NCBI GenBank assembly: GCA_958009085.1
Contig: OY253671.1
Location: forward strand, 1 to 64,000
Direction: 5' to 3'
From: Protoeuglena noctilucae
Lineage: Eukaryota
Length of the DNA stretch: 64,000 bases
Under the pieces are notes generated by a model. It had not been told where the DNA came from. It made no database searches and was given only the letters and a program-made list of their open reading frames with translations. Shown piece after piece: positions 44,801-57,210 of this stretch. Within the stretch, counting starts at the first letter, position 1. Each line of letters begins with the position of its first letter. Position numbers and translations under genes: made by a program.

Positions 44801-47800
44801 CGGTGTCCATCACCGTCAGCAACTTCACGCCCAAGCCGCACACGCCCTTCCAGTGGCACAGGCGAGGGGTGTAAGGGGGGTGGTGGGTAGTGCTTGTGGC
44901 AGTGGGGGTAATGGTGGTGATATCGGTAATGATTCATCTATCTATCTAAGATCACCCACCCCTTCCAATCTCCCCCTCCAGTGTCTCCACCGAGGAGTTC
45001 CGCCGCAAGCAGTCCCTCCTCCGCGACGCTTTAAAAGACCTCCCCTTCGTCAAATGCAACATGACGCCCGTGGAGATATCAGCGATGGAGGATTTCGTGG
45101 GCAGGGCAGACAGGAGCGTGGGTAAAGTGATGCGGAGGGCGTGGGAGATGGGGGCGACCAATGACGGGTGGTGGATGGGGCACGAGGAGAGCTTCAAGTG
45201 CTGGTCGAGGGCGATTGAGGAGGAGGGACTCACGTGGAAATACCGACAGGTGAATATAACGTATTATGTTACGTTATATTATATTATATTATATTATATT
45301 ATATTATATTATATTATATTATATTATATTATATTATATTATATTATATTATGTTATATTATATTATATTATATTATATTCGTTCCATTCACGCAGGTGG
45401 ACGAGGGGGAGTGGAACGTGATGGACAAGCTGGGGGACGCGCGTTACCGCAAGCAGGGGGGGGGTGGCAAGGGGCGCATCGACCGGTGAGGGGGGTGGTG
45501 GTGGTGGTGGTGTGTAGCATGGATGAGTGTGGATGGATGGGGGAGTAATGGAAGCACGCACTTGCCAACACGCACACATGCATGAGCCGTTCCATCTCTC
45601 ATCCCTCCCTTCACCCCACCCCCACTGCCACCCTCAACACCACCCCCACTGCCACCCTCAACACCACTTAACCTCCCCCCCCCCCCCCCCAGCGGCGCCC
45701 TTGCCGATGCTCGCCTGGACGCCCCGCTCCCCTGGGACCACATAGACACGGGAATATCCAAGAAATGGCTCAAGACGGATCTGCAGAAGGCACTGGAGGC
45801 AGCCACGGTGCCCGACTGCTCGCATTCTGGCATCTGCACCGAGTGCGGGGTGTGCGACGAGGAGGGGGGGGAGGGTGAGGGGATGGGGTGGGATGGGTTG
45901 CAATCGTGTGATGTGTCAGTTGTGGTTGTCAATAGCACTGCTCACATTATTAAAACTAAACCCCCCTCACATCCAACACCCCTTCCCCATCCCCCCCCAA
46001 TAATCTTCGGCCACAATGTCGTCTTCCCCCATCACTAATTACCATCAAATAAATAACACTATTAAGATAAATAATGCTATTTAAATAATTAACACTCACC
46101 CTCTCCCTCTCCCCATCCCCCCAGCCGTCTTTGGCCACAACGTCGTCTTCCCCCCTCCCCCCGTCCCCGCTTTTGAGGGCCACTCCCGCCCCGACACCAC
46201 CCCGGCCCAGCGCATCCGAATGACGTTCTCCAAATCGGGAGATATGGTGTTTATCGGTCACTTGGACACTTTATCTGCGATCGACCGAGCGTTGCGGAGG
46301 GCGGGGCTGCCGGTGGCGATGGACGGATCGCCCTATAGCCCCCGCCCGCGCATAACGGTGGGCCAGCCGCTGAGTTTGGGATATACGGGGGGCGGGGAGG
46401 TGATGGAGGTGGTGTTGACGAGGGCGGTGGGGGCGGAAGAGGTGGCGAGGGCGCTGCAGGCGCAACTGCCGGCGGGCATGCAGGTGAGGGGTGGGGTTGA
46501 TATATGGGGGTGTTGTTATAAATGGGGGTTGATAAATGGGGGGTTGATAAATGGGGGGTTGATATAGGCTGATATCGGCTGGGTGTTGGTTGTGTGGGGA
46601 TTTGTGGTGATGGGTGCAGTGCTGGGGATTGGGAGATGAGAGAGACGGTGACGATCGGTGCGCCGCAGGTTGTATGCCCTAGTACTACTGTGTATAGTAC
46701 ATGCGCTATGTTAAGCACTGCTTTATCTATTCATTAATTACATGTGTCTCCGTCCCCATCTCTCCTCAGATCCTTTCCTCCTGCGAGATTCCCATTCGCA
46801 AACTGGACGGCAGTTTGGTGGAGTCTCTTCCCGTGTTGATGGATGCGGTGGAGTATTACGTGCTTATACAGGACGACGGCGATGGGGGTCACGCTCTGAC
46901 CATCGAGGGGGCGGTGGAGAGGGTGAGGGAGAGGGGGTGGGGTGGGATGGGTTGAAGTTGGTTCGTAGATTACAAGCATTATATACCCACTATTTCTACG
47001 AGCACATCAATCAGTAGCACGATCGATGCATGCATCATCCATGCACATTGATTTTCTTATTATGAGTTACTTACTTTCTTATTATTAGTTACTACTCACC
47101 CTATTCAAACACCGTCCCCCCCCACCCAGGTCCGCTCCGCCCCCTCCCTCCGCGTCCCCCACCGCACCAAAGCCGGCAAGCGCAAGACGCGCGACTTGCG
47201 GGAGGGATTGATTGAGATCGAGATATGCCCGAAGGGGAGAGAGGGGCCGATGGCGGCGTTCGCGGGGCCGCTGTTGAAGAGAGTAACGGAGGAGGGGCGG
47301 CCATGGGCGGTGGTGCGGGCGAAGGGGAGGGTGGAGAAGGGGCAGGTGAATGGGTGTGTTGTGTTTGATAATAGTGACTGTTACTATTGTGGGTGACAGT
47401 GTGGGTGTTTGTGGTTGTTAGTGAGGGAGGGAGAGAGGGGGTGCGGGCGAAGGGGAGGGTGGAGAAGGGGCAGGCGAGCGGGTGTGGATGGGTGGGTGTG
47501 GATGTGGGGGTGTGGGTGTGGGGGTGTGGGTGTATATAGTGTGTTCATACGTTTCTGTTTGCATGCGTGTGTACATAACCTATTCCACCCCTCCCTCTCC
47601 CCCCCCGTACGCAGATCCGCCTGCGTGCGGATGACGTGCGCCGCATGATGCAGGAGGTTTCTGACATTGCAGAGAACAGGCCCAGGGATGCATCGGCAGA
47701 AGAAGAGGGGAGGCGATTTGAAGTTGTGCATGTGCACCGGGCAGGGTTTGACATGAGGGAGCCGGCCAAGGTGAGGGGATGCAGGAAGTGGTATATATAT

Positions 47801-48275
47801 ACAGTGGAGTTGATATATATGTATATAATGGAGTGAGAGGGGGTGCACGTGCACAGGGCGGGTTTCGACATGAGGTAGCCGGCCAAGGTGAGGGGGGGGG
47901 TGCGGGCGGGGGATGGGTCTGGGGGTGTGTGTGGGTGGTGGAGTGAGAGGGGGGGTTGCAGTACATGGAATTATCGGTAATGCTGGTAACACAGCTTATA
48001 CTGGTTCATTCAGTCTATTTTATCTCGTCCTTCACTCCCCCAGCCCCGTGTGGACCACCTGCGCCTGCGTCAGTTGGTGCAGTGTGTCACATCTCATCTC
48101 ATATCATCCCATCTTATATCTAAATCACTTATATCCAATCCACATCTCTGTCCTTCCCCCCCAGCCCCGCGTGGACCAGCTGCGCCTGCGTCAGTTGGTG
48201 CGGTGGGAGGGGTTCGCGGGGGCGGCCAGGGCGTTCAACAAGGGGCCGTGGGCAGGGCCACTTGAGACGAGGTGA
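41807..48275 (+). CDS. TIGR03960-family (B12-binding-type) radical SAM protein fused to a TIGR03936/DUF2344 domain, cyanobacterial type; about 16 introns
   Basis: PARYLGNEHG...TYPEIYEVGASNLGH, FAGGPTATSNPEPF, EIRRGCTRGCRFC (CxxxCxxC), LTFAPEAGTQRLRDIINKG, KLYFMIGLPGETDAD, FTPKPHTPFQW; C-terminal FSKSGDMVFIGHLD...RALRRAGLPV. The N-terminal exon is not resolved. Confidence 0.9.
45274..45380. repeat. (ATATT)n pentanucleotide microsatellite, intronic
   Basis: About 20 tandem atatt units fill most of an intron of the radical SAM gene. Confidence 0.95.
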
Positions 48276-48639
48276 ATGGGCGTGATATGTGATAACATAT
48301 TTGATTGCACGTGGGGTTGCTTGAGAGCAGGCAATGATGGGTGGTGGCATGGGGCTGGTACGCACCACCCATCAACGTCCCATTCCCTTTGCTGACATCG
48401 CAGGGACCCGGTGGCAGACGGCGTCGTCCACGTGTGACGATGATGGTGGTTATCATGATGGTTATGGACGAGATGGGGAGAAGGGGAGAAGCGGTGCCAT
48501 GCAATGCGACACAGTCGACAGGTGAAGTGCGATGCCTCACTTAGCCAGTGCCTGTGGCGAGAGCGTTGATGGCGATGTCACGATGCTTATCGGCCATTCA
48601 AATCAGAGACGAGCTCCCTATAGATATAGCAGATAACAT

Positions 48640-49413
48640 TCAGAAGTCCCCCGGCCGCCACCCCGGCCCCGGGTCCCGGCCAAAGTGCATGCGCTTGACA
48701 AGCTGCCGGTGACGGCGGTACCTGCGGGGCACGAAAGCGAACGTGATTGGCGGTGAATAAGCGTCGCATTAGCACTGTTTGACGGGATTCGAACGCGAAA
48801 CCAGGCCGCTCACAGCTCGCCCACGTCGCGCGTCGGCGCCACCGCCGTGTCGCCGGGCCCGCGCGGCTGGGGGTCCGCCTGCGCGCGACGAGAGAGCTTG
48901 CAATGAAAGCTATCGATATTTGGAGAGCCAATCGACTTGCTTTGCGCGGACACCGGCCTCGCCTGCACCGCCACTCCGTCGCGCATCACGAAGGTCCCGC
49001 CGCGCGCGGCGCCGGCGAAGCCCCGCGGGACACGCATTCGAAGGAACGCAATATTGCCCTCAAGATCCCTGCAGAATGATAGCCGCGTGGATCGCGTGAT
49101 GGAGACGGAAATCGCACGATGAGAAACCAATCATCCCGACCGCATCGCGGGGCTCACCGTAGCAGATCCTGCAGCTGCATGTCCGAAGAAACGTCGCGAT
49201 TGGCGCGGAAGCTGCGGTCGGATGGCGATTGAGATGTCAGCAAGCCGCGAACAAGGCGGCGCATGGGTGTGGGAGTGCGCACGCTCACCCCTCGCGCGCG
49301 CGAGACAAAGCGCCCGGTCTCTCCGATGCGGGGAGTCCGCGAATGAGACGCAGGAGCTCCCGGTAGGCGCCGAGCACCACGGCCCGGCTCGATGTCGCGC
49401 CCGGCGTGCCCAT
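48640..49413 (-). CDS. LYR-motif (Complex1_LYR) family protein
   Basis: VLGAYRELLRLIRGLP...AREGFRANR; later exons IAFLRMRVPR...FVMRDG and HRQLVKRMHFG; TGA at 48640. Confidence 0.72.
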
Positions 49414-49776
49414 CACCCCCGCCCAGCGAACAGCAAGCAGCGGCGCCCTTACATATCCGTGCCTGGCGCTCGGATGGCCAAAGCGAGGCACTGAGAGCAC
49501 GTGAGCGCGGAGAATGAAGCGAAATAGCGCATGAGCGAACTTGCACCGAGCGTCAGAAGGGCACAGGACAGCGAGAGGGCGCTTTGCTACGCTCTTCCGT
49601 CGCGCGCTGGGCTGCGGCTTGCATATATCTAGCCGTCTTATCCATCGCTTAGCCAAGAAATCAGCTCCTCTCGCACCTGGCCCCGCCAGCAGCCCGCCGC
49701 TTCCTGTCGGAAGCCGCGGCGCCCCCGGCGGGGACCCTACACGCCTTCTGAGGCAACCGAGGGACTCGTCTTTAGC

Positions 49777-52700
49777 ATGACAAAAGACAAACAGCCCGAT
49801 GGCCCGTCCGGGGCCCCTCCGCGGGTCAAGCAGAACCTGCGCGTGAAGGCTTCGCTCGAGGTCTTTTTCACGGGAGGTGTGTCACCGGAAGCCCGCCGCA
49901 AGCTGCGATGCGATCCTTCGCATCTATAAGGACCTTTACAGCCACTCCGGCACGCCTGCTCGGGCACCGGGGCGTCCCGGTTCGCTGCGGCACGAAGCCC
50001 GCCGATCCCGCCGCCGTCGCGCGCATCTCCCGCGCCGCGCCCCTCCTTCCGCAGGTTCCGTGGCCTTTTCTCGTACCGGCAAGCACCTGGCGTGCGCCTG
50101 CGGGGACGAGGTGAAGGTGCTGGACGCGAACACGGGCGCCGTGGCCGCCACGCTGCCCGGCGACGGGGAGGCCGTCACAGCGATCGCCTTCGCAGGTGAA
50201 CGATCGATATTTATTATCAAACACCAGCGCGACCGGTATCTCGCGCCCCCGAGCTTCGTAAACCTCGTTTCGCTCCTTGGTGACTCGCGCAGTGGACGGT
50301 CAGTCGGTGTTTGCGGCTTCCCGCTCCCTCACCAACCGCCGCTTCGCCCTCCCCGACGGCCGCGTGACGCGGTCGTGGCGCGGGCACTCTGCCCCGGTGC
50401 TGGACATGGCCTTGGATGCGTCCGGGTCTCTGCTGGCCACCGCATCGGCCGACGGCAGCGCGAGGGTGAGAGGCAGCGCCTCCAGGCCACCTGCGGGGGT
50501 AGTGATGATGAGTAAGGGAAGAGTGGGTGTGTATTGGTATGGTGGGCGTGACTCAGGGATGGGTGTTGTGGTGTGATGAGCAACAAGCTTCCCGTCACGC
50601 ACGCTTCCCTCACCACCACGCCTGCTCTCACCACCACCCTCACCCCCTCACCCCTTCACATCCAGGTGTGGGACGTGGATGCCGGCCACTGCACCCACGC
50701 CTTCCGCGGCCACAATGGCCTGGTGCTGCGGGCGTGCTTCCACCCGGACGCATCGCAGCCACGGTTGGCCACGTGCGGGGATGACGGGACGGTGAGGGAG
50801 AATATGCGATGTTGCTCATGCCTGTGAAGCTGTGTCACTCTCTCATCTATCTCGTTCTCTCTCTATATAGTTTATAGTTTTCCTCAACCCACCCCCACCC
50901 ACCGCTCCTTTACCCACCCAGTGTGCCCCCCCATGATGCCCATTATGCCCAATCCATTCCCACCCTCCCATTACCCCCTCAGGTGCGTCTCTGGGACCTG
51001 GTCCGCCGGTCGTGCTCCCACGTGATGAGAGACCACACCGCAGCAGTCACGGGAATGTGCTTTGCTGATGGCGGGAGGCTGCTGTTCACTTCGGGCAGGG
51101 ACAGGCGAGAGACGGGGGGAGAATAGCTGCAATTGGAGTGGACAGTTGGTAGTTGATAGTTGCGATGTGACTGGCACGGCAGGGAGTGGAGGCATGCAGG
51201 TTTGTTGCCATCAGTTATAAAATAAACAAGTATCAATTTCAAAAAAGAAACTTTCCTTTGCTCCTCACCCCTCTCATTGCAGCGTGGTCCACTGCTATTT
51301 GACGGACGAGGGTCGATTGGTGGGTGCCATCCCCACCTATGAGGCGATTGAGGGGGTGGCGGTGCTTCATAAAGATAGTCGATTCCCGGGATCGAAAGCA
51401 ACGGCACCGACGGAGCGGAAGGGGGCATTGAGGGTGGTGACGGTGGGGGAGAGGGGGCAGGTGAGTGTTGAGTGGGGTGTGAGTGGGCGAGAGCGTACGC
51501 TGTTGCGTGAGTGTGCGTCGTGATTGCTCTGACACCAACCACTGCCCTCTATCCGAATCGTACCTATAAACATAATTACCCTTATCTCTCCACTCCTTTT
51601 GTATCTCCCAGGTCAAGGTGTGGGACCACCTTTCAGGCCAGTGCATGTATGAACAGCCGCCCCCCATCACGACTGGCGCATCGGCCACTTACGCCGATCT
51701 GCTGCCAGTCCCCCACGATCCCGACTGTGTTCTGGCAATCACGTCTGACGAGAGGATGCTAATCGTGGGGCCGACTGAGGGGGCGGGGGAGGGGAGGGAG
51801 GCGTGGGCGGATGAGAGGGTGAGTTGGGGGGGTGGGATATGTGTATGGGTGGTGGCAGTGACAGTGTCAGTGACAATAAGCTGTTATTGATTGTTCCCAT
51901 CCGTTCGTGCTACTTTCATTGACAGTTATGCTTTGAGCTGTGAGTGGGGTTGGATGGCGACGGGTGTTGCGGGTGCTGCGAGGGTGGCATGGGTGACGCT
52001 CGTGATTACCTGAGAACGTGATAACTCATTCCTTTCTTCTCATCTCGCCCACCCGCAGAGTGGCCTGTCTGCCTGCGTGCGCCGTGAGTGGGTGGGCAAT
52101 GTGGGGGAGGTGACAGACGTGCGATTGGTGGCGGTGGGGGGGGGGGAGGAGCCGACGCATGTGACAGTAGCAACCAGCGCAGAGACGGGTGAGGGGGGGT
52201 GTTGAATGGGGGTGGCAGTGAGTGGGGTTGATGGTGGTAGTGGCAGTGATAGTGGCAGTGGCGACAAGCGCAGAGACGGGTAAGGGGGTGGGGTTGAATG
52301 GGGGTGGCGGCAACTGAGGTGGGAGTGAGAGTGCCAATGGAGGTGGTCTTGAGGGTGGGAGTGGGGGTGGTGATGAATGCGGCAGCGAGGGTGGCAGTGA
52401 GGTGACACCCCCCACTCACCCACACCCACCCACACCCACTCTCCTCCCCCCCTCAGTGCGCCTCCATCGATTGGCGACATTGGAAGCGGATGTCTCTTTC
52501 CGCGGTCACACGGATGCGGTGTTGGGATTGGACGTGCATAAGCGGAGGGTGGGGGGGGCGTGGCGGGCGGCGGTGGCGACGGGGGGGAAGGATGCGGGAG
52601 TGCGGGTGTGGGATGCGGAGACGGGGGCGTGTTTGGTGAGTGATGGTGGGAGTAATAGTGCGAGGGATAGTGATTGTTATTGACAGGGGTGGTTGCAAGG

Positions 52701-55530
52701 ACTCGGGGGTGTGGGTGCAGTTGCCAACCCGTGTCACTCCCCTTTTCCCCCTTTCGCACCATTTCATCCTCTCCCATCCCTCTCATCTTATCCACTCTCA
52801 TTCCTCTCTCTCTCAATCCGCAGGCCATCGGCGAGGGCCACCTCAGCGCCGTGTCTCACCAACACTGATCTCTCCATCAATTTCCATTTCTCTCATCTTA
52901 TCCACTTCAATCCCTCTCTCATCCACTCTTATCCCTCTCAGGCCATCGGCGAGGGCCACCTCAGCGCCGTCTCCGCCGTCGCCTTCTCCCCGACTGGCGG
53001 TTTACTGGCATCCGTGGGGTCAGACAAGCTGCTCAAGATGTGGGACACGAAGGCGGTGCTCAAGGCGTGGGGGTGAGTTGGAAGAATCGAGTTAGGGTGA
53101 ATTGACTGATATTTGAAATGTGGGACACGGGGGCAGTGCTCAAGGCGTGGGGGTGAGTTGTGAGAATGGGGGGGGAAGGGTTAGAGTGGGTGGATGTGCG
53201 ATGGGTGACCGGTTGCGGTCATCATTCTGCAAAGATGACTAGAGGCCGTCTTTTGTACTCGCTATATCAACCAATAATAAATGTTACATCGCTCCCCTCT
53301 CTCTCCTCCCCGCAGCAAGGTGGTGAAGGGCGGGGGTGCGTCGCAGCTGCCACTGATGGACCCCAAGCCCCTCACAGCACGATCCGGGGTGGCAGCGCAT
53401 GACAGGGACGTGAATTGCGTGGCGATTGGGCCGACGGGGGTAGTGGTGGCGACGGGGGGGCAGGACAAGCTGTGCAAGATATGGGACGCGGAGACGCTCA
53501 CGCTCACGCTCACGCTGCGGTGAGGGTTAGAGTGAGAGAGTGATTGTGATTGTGATTAGGAGTGTGACTGACTGTGCAAGATGTGGGACGCGGAGACACT
53601 GACATTGACGCTCACGCTGCGGTGAGGGAGGGTGGGGTTGGGGTTGGTGGGTGGCAGGGGTTGGGGTGATGACAGAGGTTGAGCAGTGCGAACCTACTCT
53701 TACCCACACCCACGCCCTCTCCCTTACTCTCACCCGTCACTCTCCCTTCCTCTCCCCCACTCTCCCTCACCCCCCTTCAGCGGCCACAAGCGCGGCGTGT
53801 GGGGCGTGTGCTTCTCCCCCATAGACCGCGTCGTGGCAACCTCAAGCGGAGACCGCACCGTCAGGCTGTGGTCACTCAGAGATGGGGCGTGCCTCAAAAC
53901 ACTCGAGGGACACAACGGCAGCGTGATGAGGAGCGTGTTCGTGTCGCAGGCGAGGGTGGCAGAGGGGGTGGAGGTAGTGGGGTGGTGGTGGCAGTGGGGG
54001 TGGCAGTGGGGGTAGGATTGTTGGTATAAGCCGCCCCCACCCCCACCCACCCAACCCACGTCTACTCCCTCGCCCATACCACCCCCAGGGCACCCAGCTC
54101 CTCACCTGCAGTGCGGACGGCCTGTTGAAGCTCTGGTCATCCGCGACCGGCGAATGCACGGCCACTTTCGATCGCCATTCGGATCGAATCTGGGCGGTGG
54201 ATGCGGGGGGTGCGGGGGACGGGGTGGCGGTGACGGGGGGGGCGGATGCGGCAGTGCGGGTGTGGGAGGACTGCACGGCAGAGGACGACGCGGAGAAGAC
54301 CAGGTGAGAGTTAATTAGATAGGGACGATAAGGTGGTGGTGGTAGTGGTGGTGGTGGTCGTGGTCGTGGTGGTAGTGGTGGTGTTGTGTGGGAGGATTGT
54401 ACGGCGGAGGATGATGCAGAGAAGAGCAGGCGAGGAGATGGATAGTGTTGGTGATGATAATGGTGGTGGTGGTGGTGGTGGTGGTGGGTGTGTTAATATC
54501 ATGTGTAACATACATATGATTTTTCTATAAGCTAGAAATACCATTTTCCACACTCACTCCCCCCCAGGCAAGAGGCGGCGCTCGTCGCCAAAGAGCAGGC
54601 GCTTGGCAACGCGATGCGAGGCGGCCATTACGCCAAAGCAGCCAGGCTCGCGTTGGAGTTGGGGCACCCCGGTCGCATGCGGGAGGTGGTGGGGGAGGTG
54701 CTGGGGACGGAGGGGGGTGATAAAGCGCTGGAGGGGCTGTGCGGGGCGATGGGGGCCGAGCATGTACGGGTGGCGATGGGGTGGGCCAGGGAGTGGAACA
54801 CGTCGCATAAACACTGCCACGTGGCGCAGGTGAGACTTTAGTTTGAAGGGGTCTGTTTATGTAATGTGCAATGTATTATCTTCCATAAACACCCACCCAC
54901 CCTGAGCTCCTCACCTCTCGCTCACCATCTCCCCTCACTCACACACACACACACACACACACTCCGTCGCACTCCCTCATTCTTCACTAACACCCACGCT
55001 CCTCCCTTATCCCCCAGGCCCTCCTCCGCGCCATCCTGGCCACCCATCCCCCCTACTCCCTCCAATCGATGCCCGGGGCACGCGACATCATCGAGGGACT
55101 ATTGGCCTATTCAAAACGACACATGGCACGAATGGATCGTGCTGTGAGGTCCACGTACGTCCTGGACTACGTGCTCGCCAGGATGGCCGTGCTGCAGCCG
55201 GAGGGGAAAGGGGTGCTTGAAACGGGGGCAGAGGGTGGGGGTGGGGAGGAAGTGGGGGAGGGGGGGGATGCGGGAGAGGGGGAGGGAGTGAGGAAGCAGC
55301 GTGGCGGTGGGGAGAGTGGTGGGGAGGGAGGTGGGGAGAGTGGGCATAAGAAGAGGCGTGGGGAGGGAGAGGGGAGGGAGGCTGCGGTGGTTGCGAAGGG
55401 GAAGAAGAGGCGGGGGCAGGGGGAGGGGGAGAAGGTGGGAAAGAAGAGGGTTAAGGGAAGTGCGGGTGTGGAGGGGGATGGAGAGAGGGCGGGTGCGATG
55501 AGGAAGGGGAAGCGGATGGCAAGCGCGTGA
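49777..55530 (+). CDS. UTP13: U3 snoRNA-associated protein 13 / transducin beta-like 3 (WD40 repeats + Utp13 C-domain)
   Basis: LEVFFTGG start; many WD40 repeats (GHSAPV..., GHNGLV..., AHDRDVNCVA, GHKRGVWGVCFSPIDRVVATSSGDRTVRLW); C-terminal WNTSHKHCHVAQ...LLAYSKRHMARMDRAVRSTYVLDY. Confidence 0.93.
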
Positions 55531-55702
55531 GAAATGAGTACTAGAGGGCGGCTGTGCTTGTTGCCGGGCCGGCAGCGCAGCGCTGCGGCGCGCAGTGACA
55601 TGATAAATGTCGCGTTTGCTCGCGTTTGCTTGCATCATAGCCAGATGTTAAGGTTGAAAGATGTTTACGAGGCATTCACCGGGCCGCTACGAGGCCCTTA
55701 GA

Positions 55703-56287
55703 TCAGATGCTGAGGCCGAAGACGGTGAGGACGATAAACATGTTTTTATGCTCCAATTTGAATGTCTTAGACCCGTCCATCTGGTTGTCCCACCAGCACG
55801 ACACCCCCGTGCACATCCCTGCGTTGGGTGGAAGAGCGCGATCGACGATCGATGAGAAATCGAATCCAAAACATTTGCGCATGTTTACAATATACGATTC
55901 CCCGCGCAGGCAATGCGCAGCATCGCTGCAGCGCCGCGTCAATCCACGCCAGCGCTCGCCCGCTCACCGGCCCCCGTCTTTTGCATGATGACGCACGTGG
56001 TGACGTACTTGAAGGGCTTTTGCAACGCCGCGAGACGCTTGATGACGTTTTCGAGAATCTCCGACGTCCACTGCCCCACCTGCGCGCGCAGAGACGCCGG
56101 GGAGTGAGCGACAGTGTCCGCGCCTGCGCAGCCCTCCCGCCGCGCGAGATTGCGGGATGTCGCCGACGCGCGCCCGGCTCCTCACTCTTTCCGGCACGTA
56201 CGGCTCGTTGACGGGAAGCACCTCGTCCACCGCGGTCTTGATGATCGTCTGGACCTCGTCCGCGACGAATTCCACGTCGCTCGTCAT
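55703..56287 (-). CDS. DYNLT1: Dynein light chain Tctex-type 1
   Basis: FVADEVQTIIK..VGQWTSEILENVIKRLAALQKPFKYVTTCVIMQKTGAGMCTGVSCWWDNQMDG...VLTVFGLSI; three exons. Confidence 0.92.
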
Positions 56288-57210
56288 CGCGACCAATGCC
56301 CCGCGCGCACCAGCGTGCGCTCCTTTCACCTAGCAGTGCGCGCAGACCAGCGGAAACAGGCGACGACGACGCCGCGGGACGCGCGCGACCGCCACGTTGC
56401 GCCGAGCGATAGGCAGGCCGGGGAGCGAGCGCTGCGGTCGGTCCTTCTGCGCGGTCGGAAGCTTTGTGCTCGAATGAGACGTGGCATGCACTGCACGAGG
56501 CCAAGCACCCATGCGAACGCGAACACAGCGCAGCATGTGCCTGCATCTGAAAGTGGCCCTGGGCCCGTCGCAAGCAGAGGAAACGCAGCTTCGAGGAGTG
56601 TGCACGAACCGGCTTACCTTTAGTGCTCCTTCCTCAGCTCCTGAATCGGCGTAGCAGTCGCGGCGCGACACACAGCGCGAAGTTCGTGCAAAGTACGGTT
56701 GCCTGACTCTTTGGGGACGAAGTGCAGCAGTCTTGCGATCGCATGCGCTCTACACGACCCATCTCTACTCGCCGGGCGCGCTGCCCGGGCTGACATGGAG
56801 AGCTGCAGGTGGCGTGCCAGCGACACGTCCTGCATGTGCGCAAGAAGCGGCGGTGCTGCAAGGTGCCAACGCTCAAACCAGAATGCTTACTTCCCAGTTT
56901 AGCTCGTGCTCGCCGCGAGCCCCGAGACACGAGGCGCTTCCTGCCTGCCAGCCGTGCAGCATTGCGTGAACGAGACGCGCGCGTTCGCCTGCGTCTCTTC
57001 CATCTGCTGGTTTATTACAATCGTGTCTTGCCCCATCGCGCCGACACAACCCTCAGTCGCGCCTCGTGCGCGCCGCATTGCCGCCCTTGCCTAGCTCGGC
57101 GTGTGTGAGCAGAGCGAAGCGCGCGCCCCCGCCCATGACAAGAGTCGGCGAGTGACCGCGAAGTGTAACTTGCGGTGGTCGTCGGTTCCTCTAAAAGCCC
57201 CGGGGTCACC

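Noticed and set aside
47876..47878. TAG aligned to a Glu codon in an echo, suggesting stop-codon reassignment
   Set aside because: TAG and TAA terminate genes normally here (NHX-B at 18554, CYP59 at 62781, NHX-A at 14112), and I saw no in-frame TAR codons in conserved exons.
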